A DNA stretch of 63,717 bases, from the NCBI GenBank assembly GCA_018816525.1, contig JAHIVV010000037.1, positions 1-63,717 of the forward strand. The letters are read 5' to 3'. The notes beneath the pieces were generated by a model. The model was not told the origin of the DNA, did not search any database, and worked only from the letters and a program-made list of their open reading frames with translations. Of the stretch, positions 17,730 to 28,035 are shown piece by piece. Both the position numbers and the translations under genes were made by a program. Source of the stretch: Elusimicrobiota bacterium. Its GTDB lineage: Bacteria; Elusimicrobiota; Endomicrobiia; CG1-02-37-114; XYA2-FULL-39-19. Within the stretch, counting starts at the first letter, position 1; each line of letters opens with the position of its first letter.

Positions 17730-20090
17730 ATGGCGGTATTAATAGATGGACTCAAAGAGCAGCTCATCTCGAGAATCAAGCCTCAAATCAATGAGCATTC
17801 ACTCAAAATTCTTCAAAAACGTTATCTTAGAAAAGATGATACCGGCCAACCGGTTGAATTGCCTGAGGATTTATTTTTCAGGGTAGCCGAAAACATCGCG
17901 CAGGCAGACCTGATGTATGACCCGAACAAGGATCTGGCCCCTGTAATCGAAGAATTTTACAGCACTATGGTAAAACTTGAATTTCTGCCCAATTCTCCTA
18001 CGTTAATGAATGCTGGAAGGGAACTTCAACAACTTTCGGCGTGTTTTGTGCTGCCGATTGAAGACTCCATGGAATCAATTTTTGATACGCTTAAAAACAC
18101 AGCCCTGATACACAAATCAGGCGGCGGTACAGGATTTTCTTTCACGCGCCTCAGGCCAAAAAATGACCTGGTGCGTTCAACTACCGGCGTTTCCTCCGGC
18201 CCGATTTCCTTTATGCAGGTTTTTAACTCAGCCACCGAAGCCATAAAACAGGGCGGTACCAGGCGGGGCGCGAATATGGGGATTTTAAAAGTAGGCCACC
18301 CGGATATTATGGAGTTTATTAACTGCAAAGATTCAAATGACGCCCTGACTAACTTTAATATATCGGTTGGTTTAACTGAAGAATTTATGCAGGCGGTTGA
18401 AACTGACAGCGAATATTACCTTTATAACCCGCGCGACGGCGAAGTTGCCGGAACCTTGAAAGCCATGGATGTTTTCAATAAAATAATTGACGCGGCCTGG
18501 AAAAACGGGGAACCTGGCATTGTTTTTCTTGACAGGATGAACGAAACCAACCCGACGCCGCAGATCGGCGAAATCGAATCAACAAACCCCTGCGGAGAAC
18601 AGCCTCTTCTCCCTTTTGAGTCCTGCAACCTCGGCTCAATCAACCTTTCAAAAATGCTTATTGAGGATCCGGAAACACTCAAGAAAGAAGTTGACTGGAA
18701 AAAAATAGCCAAGACCGTCCAGACAGCAACTCATTTCCTTGATAATGTAATAGACATGAACAATTACCCCATTGAGAAAATAAAAGAAATGTCCCGGGGC
18801 AACCGTAAAATCGGGCTGGGCGTTATGGGCTGGGCGGATATGCTCATAAAACTTGAAGTTTCTTATTCTTCAACCGAAGCTTTAAGGCTGGCAGAAAAGA
18901 TTATCAGTTTTATACAGAAAACAGCCAGAGACACTTCCCGCGATATAGCCAAAGCCCGCGGGCCGTTCCCGAATTTTAGCAAAAGCATTTTTGCCACCGG
19001 CGAACCTATTAGAAACGCCACTCTTACCACAATTGCTCCGACAGGAACCATCGGATTGATCGCCGGCTGTTCCAGCGGCATCGAGCCCCTTTTCGCCCTG
19101 GCGCACACCCGCTCAAACATATTGGGTGGAGAGAAATTTCACGAGCTCAACGAAGCTTTTAAAAATATGGCGGAAAAAGAAGGTTTCTATTCCGATGATA
19201 TAGTGAAGGAAGTAACCGATAAAGGCACCATTCAAAATATGAAAACTATTCCTTCCAGGGTAAGGCACATTTTCATGACCGCCCTGGATATTTCTCCTGA
19301 AATGCATATCAGGATGCAGGCGGTTTTCCAGAAATACATTGATAACGCTGTTTCAAAAACCGTGAATTTTCCGCATAATGCAACAAAAGAAGACATAGCA
19401 AAAGCGTATCTGTTGGCTTACCAGCTGGGTTGTAAAGGTATTACGGTTTACAGAGACCGCAGCCGCGATCAACAGGTTCTTAACATAGGAAAGGGTGGTT
19501 CAGCTCCTGTTGCCACAGCAGCAAACCTTACGGGCAGGCCGGAACTTAAACCCAGGCAAAGGCCGCGCAGCATTACCGGCAAAACCATGATGATGAGAAC
19601 CGGATGCGGAAAAATGTATGTAACTATAAATGAAGACAACATCGGCGTTTGCGAATTGTTCACCCAGCTGGGAAAATCCGGCGGATGCACATCAAGCCAG
19701 TCTGAAGCTATAGCCAGATTAATTTCTTTATCCCTTCGCTCTGGTATCAAAGCTGAAGAGCTTATAACCCAATTAAAAGGAATAAGATGCCCAACACCGA
19801 TGCTTGCTGAAGGTACGGCAATTCTTTCATGCGCTGATGCGGTAGCAAAAGCCCTGGAAAATTATTTGAAAGAAAAAGAAGCGCCGGACTTGTTTGTAGG
19901 GCCTGTAGTAAATTCAGCTGCCCCGGTAGCAATACAGTCGCCGGCTCAAGCTCCAGTCGTTCCTGCAAAAACAAAAGGGAATTTAGAACATATCGGGGCC
20001 TGTCCTGAGTGCCCGGAATGCGGAACTATGCTTATAATCGGTGAAGGCTGTGTTTATTGCGGAGACTGCGGTTTTTCAAGGTGCTGGTAA
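17730..20090 (+). CDS. nrdJ: Class II (adenosylcobalamin-dependent) ribonucleotide reductase
   Basis: 786 aa with LSACFVL, STNPCGEQPL, TIAPTGT. C-terminal Cys-rich tail CPECPECG..CVYCGDCG. No NrdB/NrdF partner is present. Confidence 0.9.
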   Translation: MAVLIDGLKEQLISRIKPQINEHSLKILQKRYLRKDDTGQPVELPEDLFFRVAENIAQADLMYDPNKDLAPVIEEFYSTMVKLEFLPNSPTLMNAGRELQQLSACFVLPIEDSMESIFDTLKNTALIHKSGGGTGFSFTRLRPKNDLVRSTTGVSSGPISFMQVFNSATEAIKQGGTRRGANMGILKVGHPDIMEFINCKDSNDALTNFNISVGLTEEFMQAVETDSEYYLYNPRDGEVAGTLKAMDVFNKIIDAAWKNGEPGIVFLDRMNETNPTPQIGEIESTNPCGEQPLLPFESCNLGSINLSKMLIEDPETLKKEVDWKKIAKTVQTATHFLDNVIDMNNYPIEKIKEMSRGNRKIGLGVMGWADMLIKLEVSYSSTEALRLAEKIISFIQKTARDTSRDIAKARGPFPNFSKSIFATGEPIRNATLTTIAPTGTIGLIAGCSSGIEPLFALAHTRSNILGGEKFHELNEAFKNMAEKEGFYSDDIVKEVTDKGTIQNMKTIPSRVRHIFMTALDISPEMHIRMQAVFQKYIDNAVSKTVNFPHNATKEDIAKAYLLAYQLGCKGITVYRDRSRDQQVLNIGKGGSAPVATAANLTGRPELKPRQRPRSITGKTMMMRTGCGKMYVTINEDNIGVCELFTQLGKSGGCTSSQSEAIARLISLSLRSGIKAEELITQLKGIRCPTPMLAEGTAILSCADAVAKALENYLKEKEAPDLFVGPVVNSAAPVAIQSPAQAPVVPAKTKGNLEHIGACPECPECGTMLIIGEGCVYCGDCGFSRCW

Positions 20091-20099
20091 ATAGGAAAC

Positions 20100-20660
20100 A
20101 TGGTTAAATCCGATAAATGGATTAAAAGAATGGCAACCGAGTTTAATATGATTGACCCTTTTGAAGATAAACAGGTCAGCAAAGGCGCTATTTCCTATGG
20201 TGTATCTTCCTACGGGTATGATATGCGGATCTCTAACGAATTCAAAGTGCTCAAAAACGGTTTTAAAAATGTTGAAATAATGGATCCAAAGAATTTCAAT
20301 TCTCTACCGTTTGAAGACTTTAGAGGTGAGAATTGCATAATTCCTCCGAACTCAATTGTGCTTGCTAAATCAATTGAATATTTCAAGATTCCGAGGAACA
20401 TTATCACTATCTGTTTTGGTAAATCCACTTATACCCGGTGCGGCATTTTGGTGAATGTAACGCCTTTTGAACCGGAGTGGGAAGGTTTTGTAACAATATC
20501 AATTTCAAATACAAACCCTATTCCGGCAAAACTTTATTCAAATGAAGGCATAGCCCAGGTGCTTTTTCTTGAAAGCGATGAAATCTGCGAAACTTCATAC
20601 GCCGACAAAAAAGGCAAATACCAGGCTCAGAAAACTATAACGTTATCAAAAATAAATTAA
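20100..20660 (+). CDS. dcd: dCTP deaminase
   Basis: 186 aa with SYGYDMR and [23 protein letters not shown] (dUTPase-fold Dcd pattern). Confidence 0.9.
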   Translation: MVKSDKWIKRMATEFNMIDPFEDKQVSKGAISYGVSSYGYDMRISNEFKVLKNGFKNVEIMDPKNFNSLPFEDFRGENCIIPPNSIVLAKSIEYFKIPRNIITICFGKSTYTRCGILVNVTPFEPEWEGFVTISISNTNPIPAKLYSNEGIAQVLFLESDEICETSYADKKGKYQAQKTITLSKIN

Positions 20661-20679
20661 AAAGGAGAAATACCCTACC

Positions 20680-21840
20680 ATGACTTATTTCATCGGCCAC
20701 AAGAAAGAAGCAAGAAGATCTTACGGTTTTGACGAAGTAGCGATCGTGCCGGGAAACATAACCATTGACCCGGAGGAAGTTGACATTTCAGTAAAATTTG
20801 GGCCTCATAAATTAAAACTGCCGTTTTTAGCCAGCGCTATGGACGGCGTTGTTGACCCTGATCTTGCTATCGGTTTTAATAAATGCGGAGGCCTTGCTGT
20901 TTTGAACCTTGAAGGTATTTATACCAGATATGACAATTATGAGGACGTTTTAAATGAACTGGTTACCGCCCCCCTGGATAAAACAACCGATGTGATTCAA
21001 AGACTTTACAAAGAACCGATAAAGGAAAAATTAATAGCAAAGAGAATAAAAGAAATTAAAAAAGGAAGTTCTATCTGCGCTGTTTCCTGCGGGCCGAATA
21101 ACGCGGAAAGATTTTCAAAAATTGCCCAGGAAGCCGGCGCCAGCATTTTTGTAATCCAGGTAACAATACTTACAGTAAAGCATATTGCAAAAAATTATAA
21201 GCCCGTTGACCTCAAAAAAGTTATTTCCGGAGTAAAAATACCGGTAATACTTGGGAATTGCGTTAATTACGATTCAGCCCTTGAATTGATGGATACCGGC
21301 TGCGTAGGTATTTTAGTAGGAATCGGACCGGGTTCAGCTTGTACAACCCGAGGGGTATTGGGAATCGGCGTGCCGCAGGTAACGGCTACCGTTGACTGCG
21401 CGCAGGCGCGCGATTATTATTTCAAGCAGACAGGAAAGTATGTAAATATTATTACTGATGGCGGCATGAATACCAGCGGCGATATTTGTAAAGCATTTGT
21501 TTCAGGTGCTGATGCGATTATGCTTGGCAGCGCTTTTGCCCGGGCAAAGGAAGCTCCCGGAAGAGGTTATCACTGGGGCATGGCCATGCCTCACCGGTTC
21601 CTGCCCAGAGGGACAAGAATTCATGTAGGCACAACGGGAAGCATTAAAGAGATTCTTTTGGGGCCTGCCAGAGTTGATGACGGCACCCAGAATATTGCCG
21701 GAGCTTTGCAGACCTGTATGGGAAATATAGGCGCGGCCAGCATAAAAGAAATGCAGCTGGCGAAACTTATTATAGCGCCGGATATAAAATCCGAAGGCAA
21801 ACTTTTACAGAAAGCTCAAAAAGTAGGAATGGGGAAGTAG
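20680..21840 (+). CDS. guaB: IMP dehydrogenase family protein lacking the CBS/Bateman pair (GuaB3-like)
   Basis: 386 aa. Catalytic loop [11 protein letters not shown] and GGMNTSGD. A short helical linker replaces the roughly 120-aa CBS insert. Confidence 0.8.
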   Translation: MTYFIGHKKEARRSYGFDEVAIVPGNITIDPEEVDISVKFGPHKLKLPFLASAMDGVVDPDLAIGFNKCGGLAVLNLEGIYTRYDNYEDVLNELVTAPLDKTTDVIQRLYKEPIKEKLIAKRIKEIKKGSSICAVSCGPNNAERFSKIAQEAGASIFVIQVTILTVKHIAKNYKPVDLKKVISGVKIPVILGNCVNYDSALELMDTGCVGILVGIGPGSACTTRGVLGIGVPQVTATVDCAQARDYYFKQTGKYVNIITDGGMNTSGDICKAFVSGADAIMLGSAFARAKEAPGRGYHWGMAMPHRFLPRGTRIHVGTTGSIKEILLGPARVDDGTQNIAGALQTCMGNIGAASIKEMQLAKLIIAPDIKSEGKLLQKAQKVGMGK

Positions 21841-21848
21841 GAAAAAAG

Positions 21849-23399
21849 ATGATACTGATTTTAGATTTTGGGTCGCAGTATACTCAACTGATAGCTCGAA
21901 GAGTACGTGAGTTAAAGGTTTATTGCGAAATACACCCGTATAATTATGATATCTCGAATTTGAAATCTCAAATTAAAGGGATTATCTTATCTGGCGGGCC
22001 ATCGAGCGTATATGAAAAAGACGCTCCAAAATGCGACAAAGAAATTTATAATTTGAGCATACCAATATTAGGTATTTGTTACGGAATGCAGTTATTTACC
22101 CAGGAATTAGGCGGCAACGTACAACATTCAGTCCAGCGGGAATACGGTTTTGCTCAATTAAAGGTAATTAAAAAAGATAAATTATTTAATGGTTTTACTA
22201 ATAATCCAATTATCAAATCATCCAATAAGCCAACTACAGTTTGGATGTCACATGGAGATAAAGTAACAAAACTAGCGCCGGGTTTCAGCGTTCTGGCTTC
22301 CACGCCAAACACGAAATACGCAGTGGCCGCTAATTTTGATAAAAAAATCTACGGCCTGCAGTTCCATCCCGAGGTCAAACATACGCCTCATGGGAAAGAG
22401 CTTATAAAGAATTTTGTTTTCGGCATTTGCAACGAAAAACCTGACTGGACCATGCATTCCTTTATTCAACGCGAAAAAAAGGAAATAAAAGAGAAAGCCG
22501 GCAATAATTATGTAATCTGCGCTATGTCCGGCGGAGTGGATTCTTCCGTTGTAGCGGTCCTCTCTTATTTAGCGTTAGGCCGCAGGCTCTACTGTGTTTT
22601 TGTTGACAACGGGCTGCTCCGCTGGGGGGAAAAAGAAAGAGTTGAAAAAATATTCGGAAAAATATTCAGGAATAAATTAATAATAAGAGATGCAAAAAAA
22701 CTGTTTTTAAAAAACCTGGAAGGTGTAACAGAACCGGAAAGAAAACGCAAAATTATCGGCAAAACATTTATAGATGTTTTTGAACAATGCATCAAAAGTC
22801 TTAACCCAAAATACCTTATCCAGGGGACTTTGTATCCTGATGTTATTGAAAGTGTTTCTGTTAAAGGCCCTTCGGCAACAATAAAAACACATCACAATGT
22901 CGGCGGGTTGCCGGAAAAGATGAAAATGAAACTGATTGAGCCCTTGCGCTTCCTTTTTAAAGATGAAGTACGCGAATTAGGCAAAGAATTAAGAGTTCCA
23001 AAAGAAATATTGACCAGGCATCCGTTTCCCGGCCCTGGCCTTGCAGTGAGAATACTCGGAGAAGTAACTGAGGAACGACTAACTATTGTACGCCACGCAG
23101 ACAGAATAGTCGAAGAAGAGATCCTGAAATATCCCGGATTATATGAAAAACTCTGGCAGGCGTTTGCCGTTCTTCTGCCGGTAAAAAGCGTCGGTGTTAT
23201 GGGTGACCAGAGAACCTATGAAAACGCTATAGCCGTAAGGATTGTGGAATCAGTTGATGCTATGACTGCAGACTGGGCGAAAGTTCCTTATGAAGTGCTT
23301 AACAGGATATCAAACCGCATAATAAATGAAGTTAAACATGTAAACAGAGTTGTTTACGATATTAGTTCAAAACCCCCTGCTACGATTGAGTGGGAATAG
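21849..23399 (+). CDS. guaA: GMP synthase (glutamine-hydrolysing)
   Basis: [20 protein letters not shown]-terminal PPATIEWE. Confidence 0.95.
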   Translation: MILILDFGSQYTQLIARRVRELKVYCEIHPYNYDISNLKSQIKGIILSGGPSSVYEKDAPKCDKEIYNLSIPILGICYGMQLFTQELGGNVQHSVQREYGFAQLKVIKKDKLFNGFTNNPIIKSSNKPTTVWMSHGDKVTKLAPGFSVLASTPNTKYAVAANFDKKIYGLQFHPEVKHTPHGKELIKNFVFGICNEKPDWTMHSFIQREKKEIKEKAGNNYVICAMSGGVDSSVVAVLSYLALGRRLYCVFVDNGLLRWGEKERVEKIFGKIFRNKLIIRDAKKLFLKNLEGVTEPERKRKIIGKTFIDVFEQCIKSLNPKYLIQGTLYPDVIESVSVKGPSATIKTHHNVGGLPEKMKMKLIEPLRFLFKDEVRELGKELRVPKEILTRHPFPGPGLAVRILGEVTEERLTIVRHADRIVEEEILKYPGLYEKLWQAFAVLLPVKSVGVMGDQRTYENAIAVRIVESVDAMTADWAKVPYEVLNRISNRIINEVKHVNRVVYDISSKPPATIEWE

Positions 23400-23408
23400 G
23401 AGGCCGAC

Positions 23409-24305
23409 GTGAACTCGGTAATTGAAACAAATTTACCTTCTTTGAAGGCTTATGCAAGAGGAAAAGTAAGAGACATTTATGACCTTGAAGACAAACTTTT
23501 AATAGTAGCTTCTGATAGAATCTCTGCATTTGATTTTGTACTGCCTACGCCTATTCCGGACAAAGGGAAAGTTCTTTCCCAGATTTCTAAATTCTGGTTT
23601 GAGTATTTTAGCGAAAGCGTACCCAATCATTATTTAAGCGATGACCTGCAGGCTTACCTCGGAAACGCTCTTTCAAAAGAGGAACTTGAACCTTTGAAGG
23701 GCCGCTCTATGATTGTAAAAAAAGCAAAAAGGCTAAATATTGAGTGTATTATCCGGGGCTATCTTTCCGGTTCAGCCTGGAAAGAATATAGAGAGACAGG
23801 AAAAGTTTGTGAAATTGACATAGGTAAAAACCTGAAAGAATCAGATAAGCTCAAAGAGCCGATATTTACACCTTCAATAAAATCGATGTCAGGCCATGAC
23901 ATTAATATAACGGAAGAACAGGTAGTAAACAATGAAGGCGCAGAAATTACGAAACTAATCAAAGAAAAAAGCCTCCTGCTTTATGAGAAAGCGTCCAAAT
24001 ATACTGAGAAGCAGGATATTATTCTTGCGGACACAAAGTTTGAATTTGGAATCCTGGATGACAAGATTATCCTTATAGATGAGGCTTTAACACCGGATTC
24101 ATCCCGGTTTTGGGATAAAAACAAACACGCTCCCGGAAAATCCCAGGAAAGCTATGATAAACAATTTGTAAGGGATTACCTGGAATCCATCAAATGGAAT
24201 AAAGAACCTCCGATTCCAGAACTGCCGGCCGAAATAGTTGACAGAACAAGAGAAAAATACCTGGAAGCATTTAGAAAAATAACCCTAAAAAAAGACCTGA
24301 CTTAA
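23409..24305 (+). CDS. purC: SAICAR synthetase
   Basis: GTG start. RGKVRDIYD, ASDRISAFD, ADTKFEFG, DSSRFW. Confidence 0.93.
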   Translation: MNSVIETNLPSLKAYARGKVRDIYDLEDKLLIVASDRISAFDFVLPTPIPDKGKVLSQISKFWFEYFSESVPNHYLSDDLQAYLGNALSKEELEPLKGRSMIVKKAKRLNIECIIRGYLSGSAWKEYRETGKVCEIDIGKNLKESDKLKEPIFTPSIKSMSGHDINITEEQVVNNEGAEITKLIKEKSLLLYEKASKYTEKQDIILADTKFEFGILDDKIILIDEALTPDSSRFWDKNKHAPGKSQESYDKQFVRDYLESIKWNKEPPIPELPAEIVDRTREKYLEAFRKITLKKDLT

Positions 24306-24306
24306 A

Positions 24307-24777
24307 ATGCAATACAAAGTAGAAATATTCAACAAGAAAGACATCCATGACGGCGCCGCAGATAACTTTAAGAAAGATATCGCAGACCTAGGGGTCCGCT
24401 CGGCCCAAGGCGCGGATGTTAACTCCCTTTATCTGATTGAAGGTAATTTATCCGATAGAGATGTTATAATCATTTGCAATAAATTACTGGCTGATCCTGT
24501 AACACAAGATTTCTCATTCAAGCAATTGAAACAGTCCGAAAAACAAATAAAATCATCAGCTAATGTTTTCTCCATTGAAGTCTTTTGTAAACCGGGCGTA
24601 ACTGATGCGGCCGGGGAAAGCGCAAAAATAGGAATTTCCGACCTGGGAATAAAAGGCGTTGATTCAGTAAGGACAGGGATGAAATATATAGTTGAAGGAA
24701 TAACAAAAGAGGAAACAGTGAAAATCAGCGAAAAACTACTGGCAAATAAAGTTGTCCATAATTATACAATCCAATGA
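24307..24777 (+). CDS. purS: FGAM synthase PurS subunit, tandem duplicated (two PurS modules in one 156-aa chain)
   Basis: Residues 88-156 (FSIEVFCKPGVTDAAGES...KLLANKVVHNYTIQ) form a canonical PurS. Residues 1-72 (KVEIFNKKDIHDGAADNF...NKLLADPVTQDFSF) repeat the same pattern. Confidence 0.85.
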   Translation: MQYKVEIFNKKDIHDGAADNFKKDIADLGVRSAQGADVNSLYLIEGNLSDRDVIIICNKLLADPVTQDFSFKQLKQSEKQIKSSANVFSIEVFCKPGVTDAAGESAKIGISDLGIKGVDSVRTGMKYIVEGITKEETVKISEKLLANKVVHNYTIQ

Positions 24778-27164
24778 ACGTAACAACACGCATAGAAATT
24801 ATTAACGCAAGTGAAAAAGAACTAGAATCAATCAGCAGAAAGAGCTTGCTGTCCTTAAACCTGGTTGAAATGAAGGCGGTGCAGGATTACTTTAAAAAGA
24901 TTGGGAGAAACCCGACCGACATTGAAATTGAAACCATCGCGCAAACCTGGTCTGAACACTGCAAACACAAAACGCTTTCGGCAAGCGTTGATTTTGTAGA
25001 AAACGGCAAACGCCGTACTTATGGTAACCTTTTAAAAGAAACAGTTTTTAAAGCTACAAAAGAACTAAACAAAAAATGGTGTATTTCAGTTTTTAAAGAT
25101 AATGCGGGCATTATCGAATTTGATAAAGATTACGGAATAGCCTTCAAAGTAGAAACCCACAACCACCCCAGCGCATTGGAACCTTACGGCGGAGCGGGGA
25201 CAGGTATAGGCGGAGTTATCCGCGATATAATCGGAGTCGGCCTGGGAGCCAAACCGATAATGAATACAGATATTTTCTGTTTCGGCCCCATAGATTACCC
25301 TCATGACAAAATAAAGGGCAACGTGCTTCATCCCAGGAGAATCATGAAAGGCGTTGTCAGTGGTGTAAGAGACTACGGCAACAGAATGGGAATTCCTACA
25401 ACTAACGGCGCTATACTTTTTGATGAGGGGTATGTATTAAATCCGCTGGTTTATTGCGGAACGGTAGGTATTATCCCGAAGAGCAAATGTTTTAAAAAGG
25501 TCTCTCCGGGTGAAATCATTGTTGCTGTTGGCGGCAAAACTGGAAGGGACGGTATTCACGGGGCGACTTTTTCTTCAATTGAATTGGATAAAGATACGGA
25601 AATATCCGCTGTGCAAATAGGCAATCCTATTGTTGAAAAGAAGGTCCTTGATACAATCCTGCAAGCAAGGGACTTGGGCCTTTATACGGCGCTTACGGAT
25701 TGCGGCGCCGGAGGTTTTTCTTCAGCAATCGGGGAATTGGGCAGCGAATGCGGCGCAAAAGTATTCATAGATAAAGCACCTTTAAAATATGAGGGGCTGC
25801 TCCCCTGGGAGATTTGGCTTTCTGAAGCGCAGGAGAGAATGGTATTATCCGTTCCAAAGAAAAACATTAAGAAAATCGTGGAAATATTTGAAAGCGAAAA
25901 TGTTGAAGCAACAATTCTCGGTGAATTCACGAATACAGGAAAACTCGAAGTTTTTTATAAAAAAGAAAGAATCTGTGATTTATCAATGCAATTCATGCAC
26001 GAAGGCGTTCCTAAAAGGCATTTAAAGGCAGTCTGGAATGATAAGCCTCAAACAGACAACCGCAAAATCAATATAAAGGATAATTTAGGGACTACACTCA
26101 AAAAAATTCTCAGCATGCCAAATGTCTGCAGCAAGGAATGGGTAATAAGGCAGTATGACCATGAAGTACAGGGCCAGACTGTTTTGAAACCATTGCAAGG
26201 TAAAAATTACGGGCCGGGCGATGCCTGTGTGATGTGGCCGCAGAGGGAACGAGGGAGTTCTTACAAAGGCTTCGCAGTCAGCTGCGGGCTTAACCCGAAT
26301 TACGGAAAAATTGATCCCTACGCTATGGCTGCCAGCGGCATTGACGAAGCCTTAAGGAACATTGTTGCGGTAGGAGGAGATTTAGGAAAAACCGCTTTGC
26401 TTGACAACTATTGCTGGGGGAGCCCGAACAAAAATGACCAGCTGGCGGGCTTGATTAGAGCATCCCAGGCCTGCTATGATATGTCGAAAATATACGAAAC
26501 TCCTTTTATTTCCGGTAAAGACAGTCTTTATAATGAATATATCGATGAAAACGGGTTAAGCAAATCTATACCGATGACTTTGCTGATTTCTGCAGTTTCC
26601 ATTATGGATGATATCAGGAAAGCCGTTACGATGGACCTTAAGAAAACAGGCAATTCGATATATATTCTGGGAAAAACAAAAAATGAATTAGGCGGTTCTC
26701 AATTGGCCGAGCTTTATAAAACAAAGTTAAATTCTGTTCCAAGGGTGGATGCAAAAATATCTAGAAAATTGATGAAAGCCCTGGGTTGCGCAATAAAAAA
26801 AGGATTGGTTGAGTCCTGTCATGACTGCTCGGACGGCGGTTTAGCGGTAACTTGTGCTGAAATGTGCTTCGCAGCCGGGGATTTAGGGATGGATATAGAA
26901 ATAGCGCGTATAAATTTAGGCGAAAGAATAGCAGCAAATGAAGTTATATTATTTTCAGAGTCAAATTCACGCTTTATTGTAGAAGTTTCAAGGGAAAATG
27001 AAAAAGAATTTGAAAAATTATTCAAAGGCAATGCTATAGCCAAAATCGGCTCCGTTACCAGGACCGGAAATTTCACAGTACGCGGATTAAAAGGCGAAGT
27101 TGTAATCGATGAAGACATCGCCGGCCTTCAATCTGCCTGGAAACAAACTTTAGGAAACCTTTAA
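24774..27164 (+). CDS. purL: FGAM synthase II (small-type PurL)
   Basis: SEHCKHK, ETHNHPSALEPYGGAGTGIGGVIRD, duplicated PurM-like domains. ATGA overlap with purS. Confidence 0.93.
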   Translation: MNVTTRIEIINASEKELESISRKSLLSLNLVEMKAVQDYFKKIGRNPTDIEIETIAQTWSEHCKHKTLSASVDFVENGKRRTYGNLLKETVFKATKELNKKWCISVFKDNAGIIEFDKDYGIAFKVETHNHPSALEPYGGAGTGIGGVIRDIIGVGLGAKPIMNTDIFCFGPIDYPHDKIKGNVLHPRRIMKGVVSGVRDYGNRMGIPTTNGAILFDEGYVLNPLVYCGTVGIIPKSKCFKKVSPGEIIVAVGGKTGRDGIHGATFSSIELDKDTEISAVQIGNPIVEKKVLDTILQARDLGLYTALTDCGAGGFSSAIGELGSECGAKVFIDKAPLKYEGLLPWEIWLSEAQERMVLSVPKKNIKKIVEIFESENVEATILGEFTNTGKLEVFYKKERICDLSMQFMHEGVPKRHLKAVWNDKPQTDNRKINIKDNLGTTLKKILSMPNVCSKEWVIRQYDHEVQGQTVLKPLQGKNYGPGDACVMWPQRERGSSYKGFAVSCGLNPNYGKIDPYAMAASGIDEALRNIVAVGGDLGKTALLDNYCWGSPNKNDQLAGLIRASQACYDMSKIYETPFISGKDSLYNEYIDENGLSKSIPMTLLISAVSIMDDIRKAVTMDLKKTGNSIYILGKTKNELGGSQLAELYKTKLNSVPRVDAKISRKLMKALGCAIKKGLVESCHDCSDGGLAVTCAEMCFAAGDLGMDIEIARINLGERIAANEVILFSESNSRFIVEVSRENEKEFEKLFKGNAIAKIGSVTRTGNFTVRGLKGEVVIDEDIAGLQSAWKQTLGNL

Positions 27165-27198
27165 GGAATATACCCATTACGCTTCCTATCGCGTAGAA

Positions 27199-28005
27199 AT
27201 GGGTACTAAGAAGGAAAGAGTGGGAAAATCAAAAGTAATTATACTTAGAACAGCAGGAACAAATTGTGATAAAGAAACCAGCTATGCGTTCAAACTAGCC
27301 GGCGCTGATACCGTAGACTTGGTTCACATCAATAAATTGTTCGCAAAAGAGCGCAAACTCTCAAACTATAATATTATCGCAATACCCGGGGGTTTTTCTT
27401 ACGGGGATGACATTTCAGCCGGAAAAGTTTTTGCAAACAAACTTATTTATCAGCTGTCAAAAGACATTAAGGAATTTATAAATGCAGGTAAACTTGTTAT
27501 AGGTATTTGCAATGGTTTTCAAGTTCTGGTAAAAACAGGTTTGCTTGATTCCTGGGCTGAGCAGGAACAGACATTGAGTTTTAATGATTCTGCGAAATTT
27601 GAGTGCCGTTGGATAAATCTTAAAGTTAACCCGAAATGTGAAAGTATCTGGACCAGGGATATGCCTGATATTATAAAACTGCCGATTGCTCATGCTGAAG
27701 GAAAATTTATTCCTAAAGATGAGCTTGTAATAACAGAAATAGAAAAGAATAACAGGATAGCTTTTCAGTATTGTGATGAGGATGGCAACTCTGGAGAATA
27801 TCCAATAAACCCTAATGGATCGGCTTTGAGTATTGCAGGTATCTGCGATAAAACCGGCCGGGTATTGGGCATGATGCCTCACCCGGAAAGGTTTGTTTCC
27901 AGGTATCAATTTGCGCAGTGGACTTCGCAGAAAGAAATGCCAAACGAAGGCCGCGGCCTGCAAATTTTCAGAAATGCTATTAATTATGTCAAAAATGACT
28001 TATAA
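27199..28005 (+). CDS. purQ: FGAM synthase glutaminase subunit
   Basis: GGFSYGD, GICNGFQ, MMPHPER. Confidence 0.9.
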   Translation: MGTKKERVGKSKVIILRTAGTNCDKETSYAFKLAGADTVDLVHINKLFAKERKLSNYNIIAIPGGFSYGDDISAGKVFANKLIYQLSKDIKEFINAGKLVIGICNGFQVLVKTGLLDSWAEQEQTLSFNDSAKFECRWINLKVNPKCESIWTRDMPDIIKLPIAHAEGKFIPKDELVITEIEKNNRIAFQYCDEDGNSGEYPINPNGSALSIAGICDKTGRVLGMMPHPERFVSRYQFAQWTSQKEMPNEGRGLQIFRNAINYVKNDL

Positions 28006-28035
28006 CATGAGCCAACACAATTAAGGAGAGTATTT

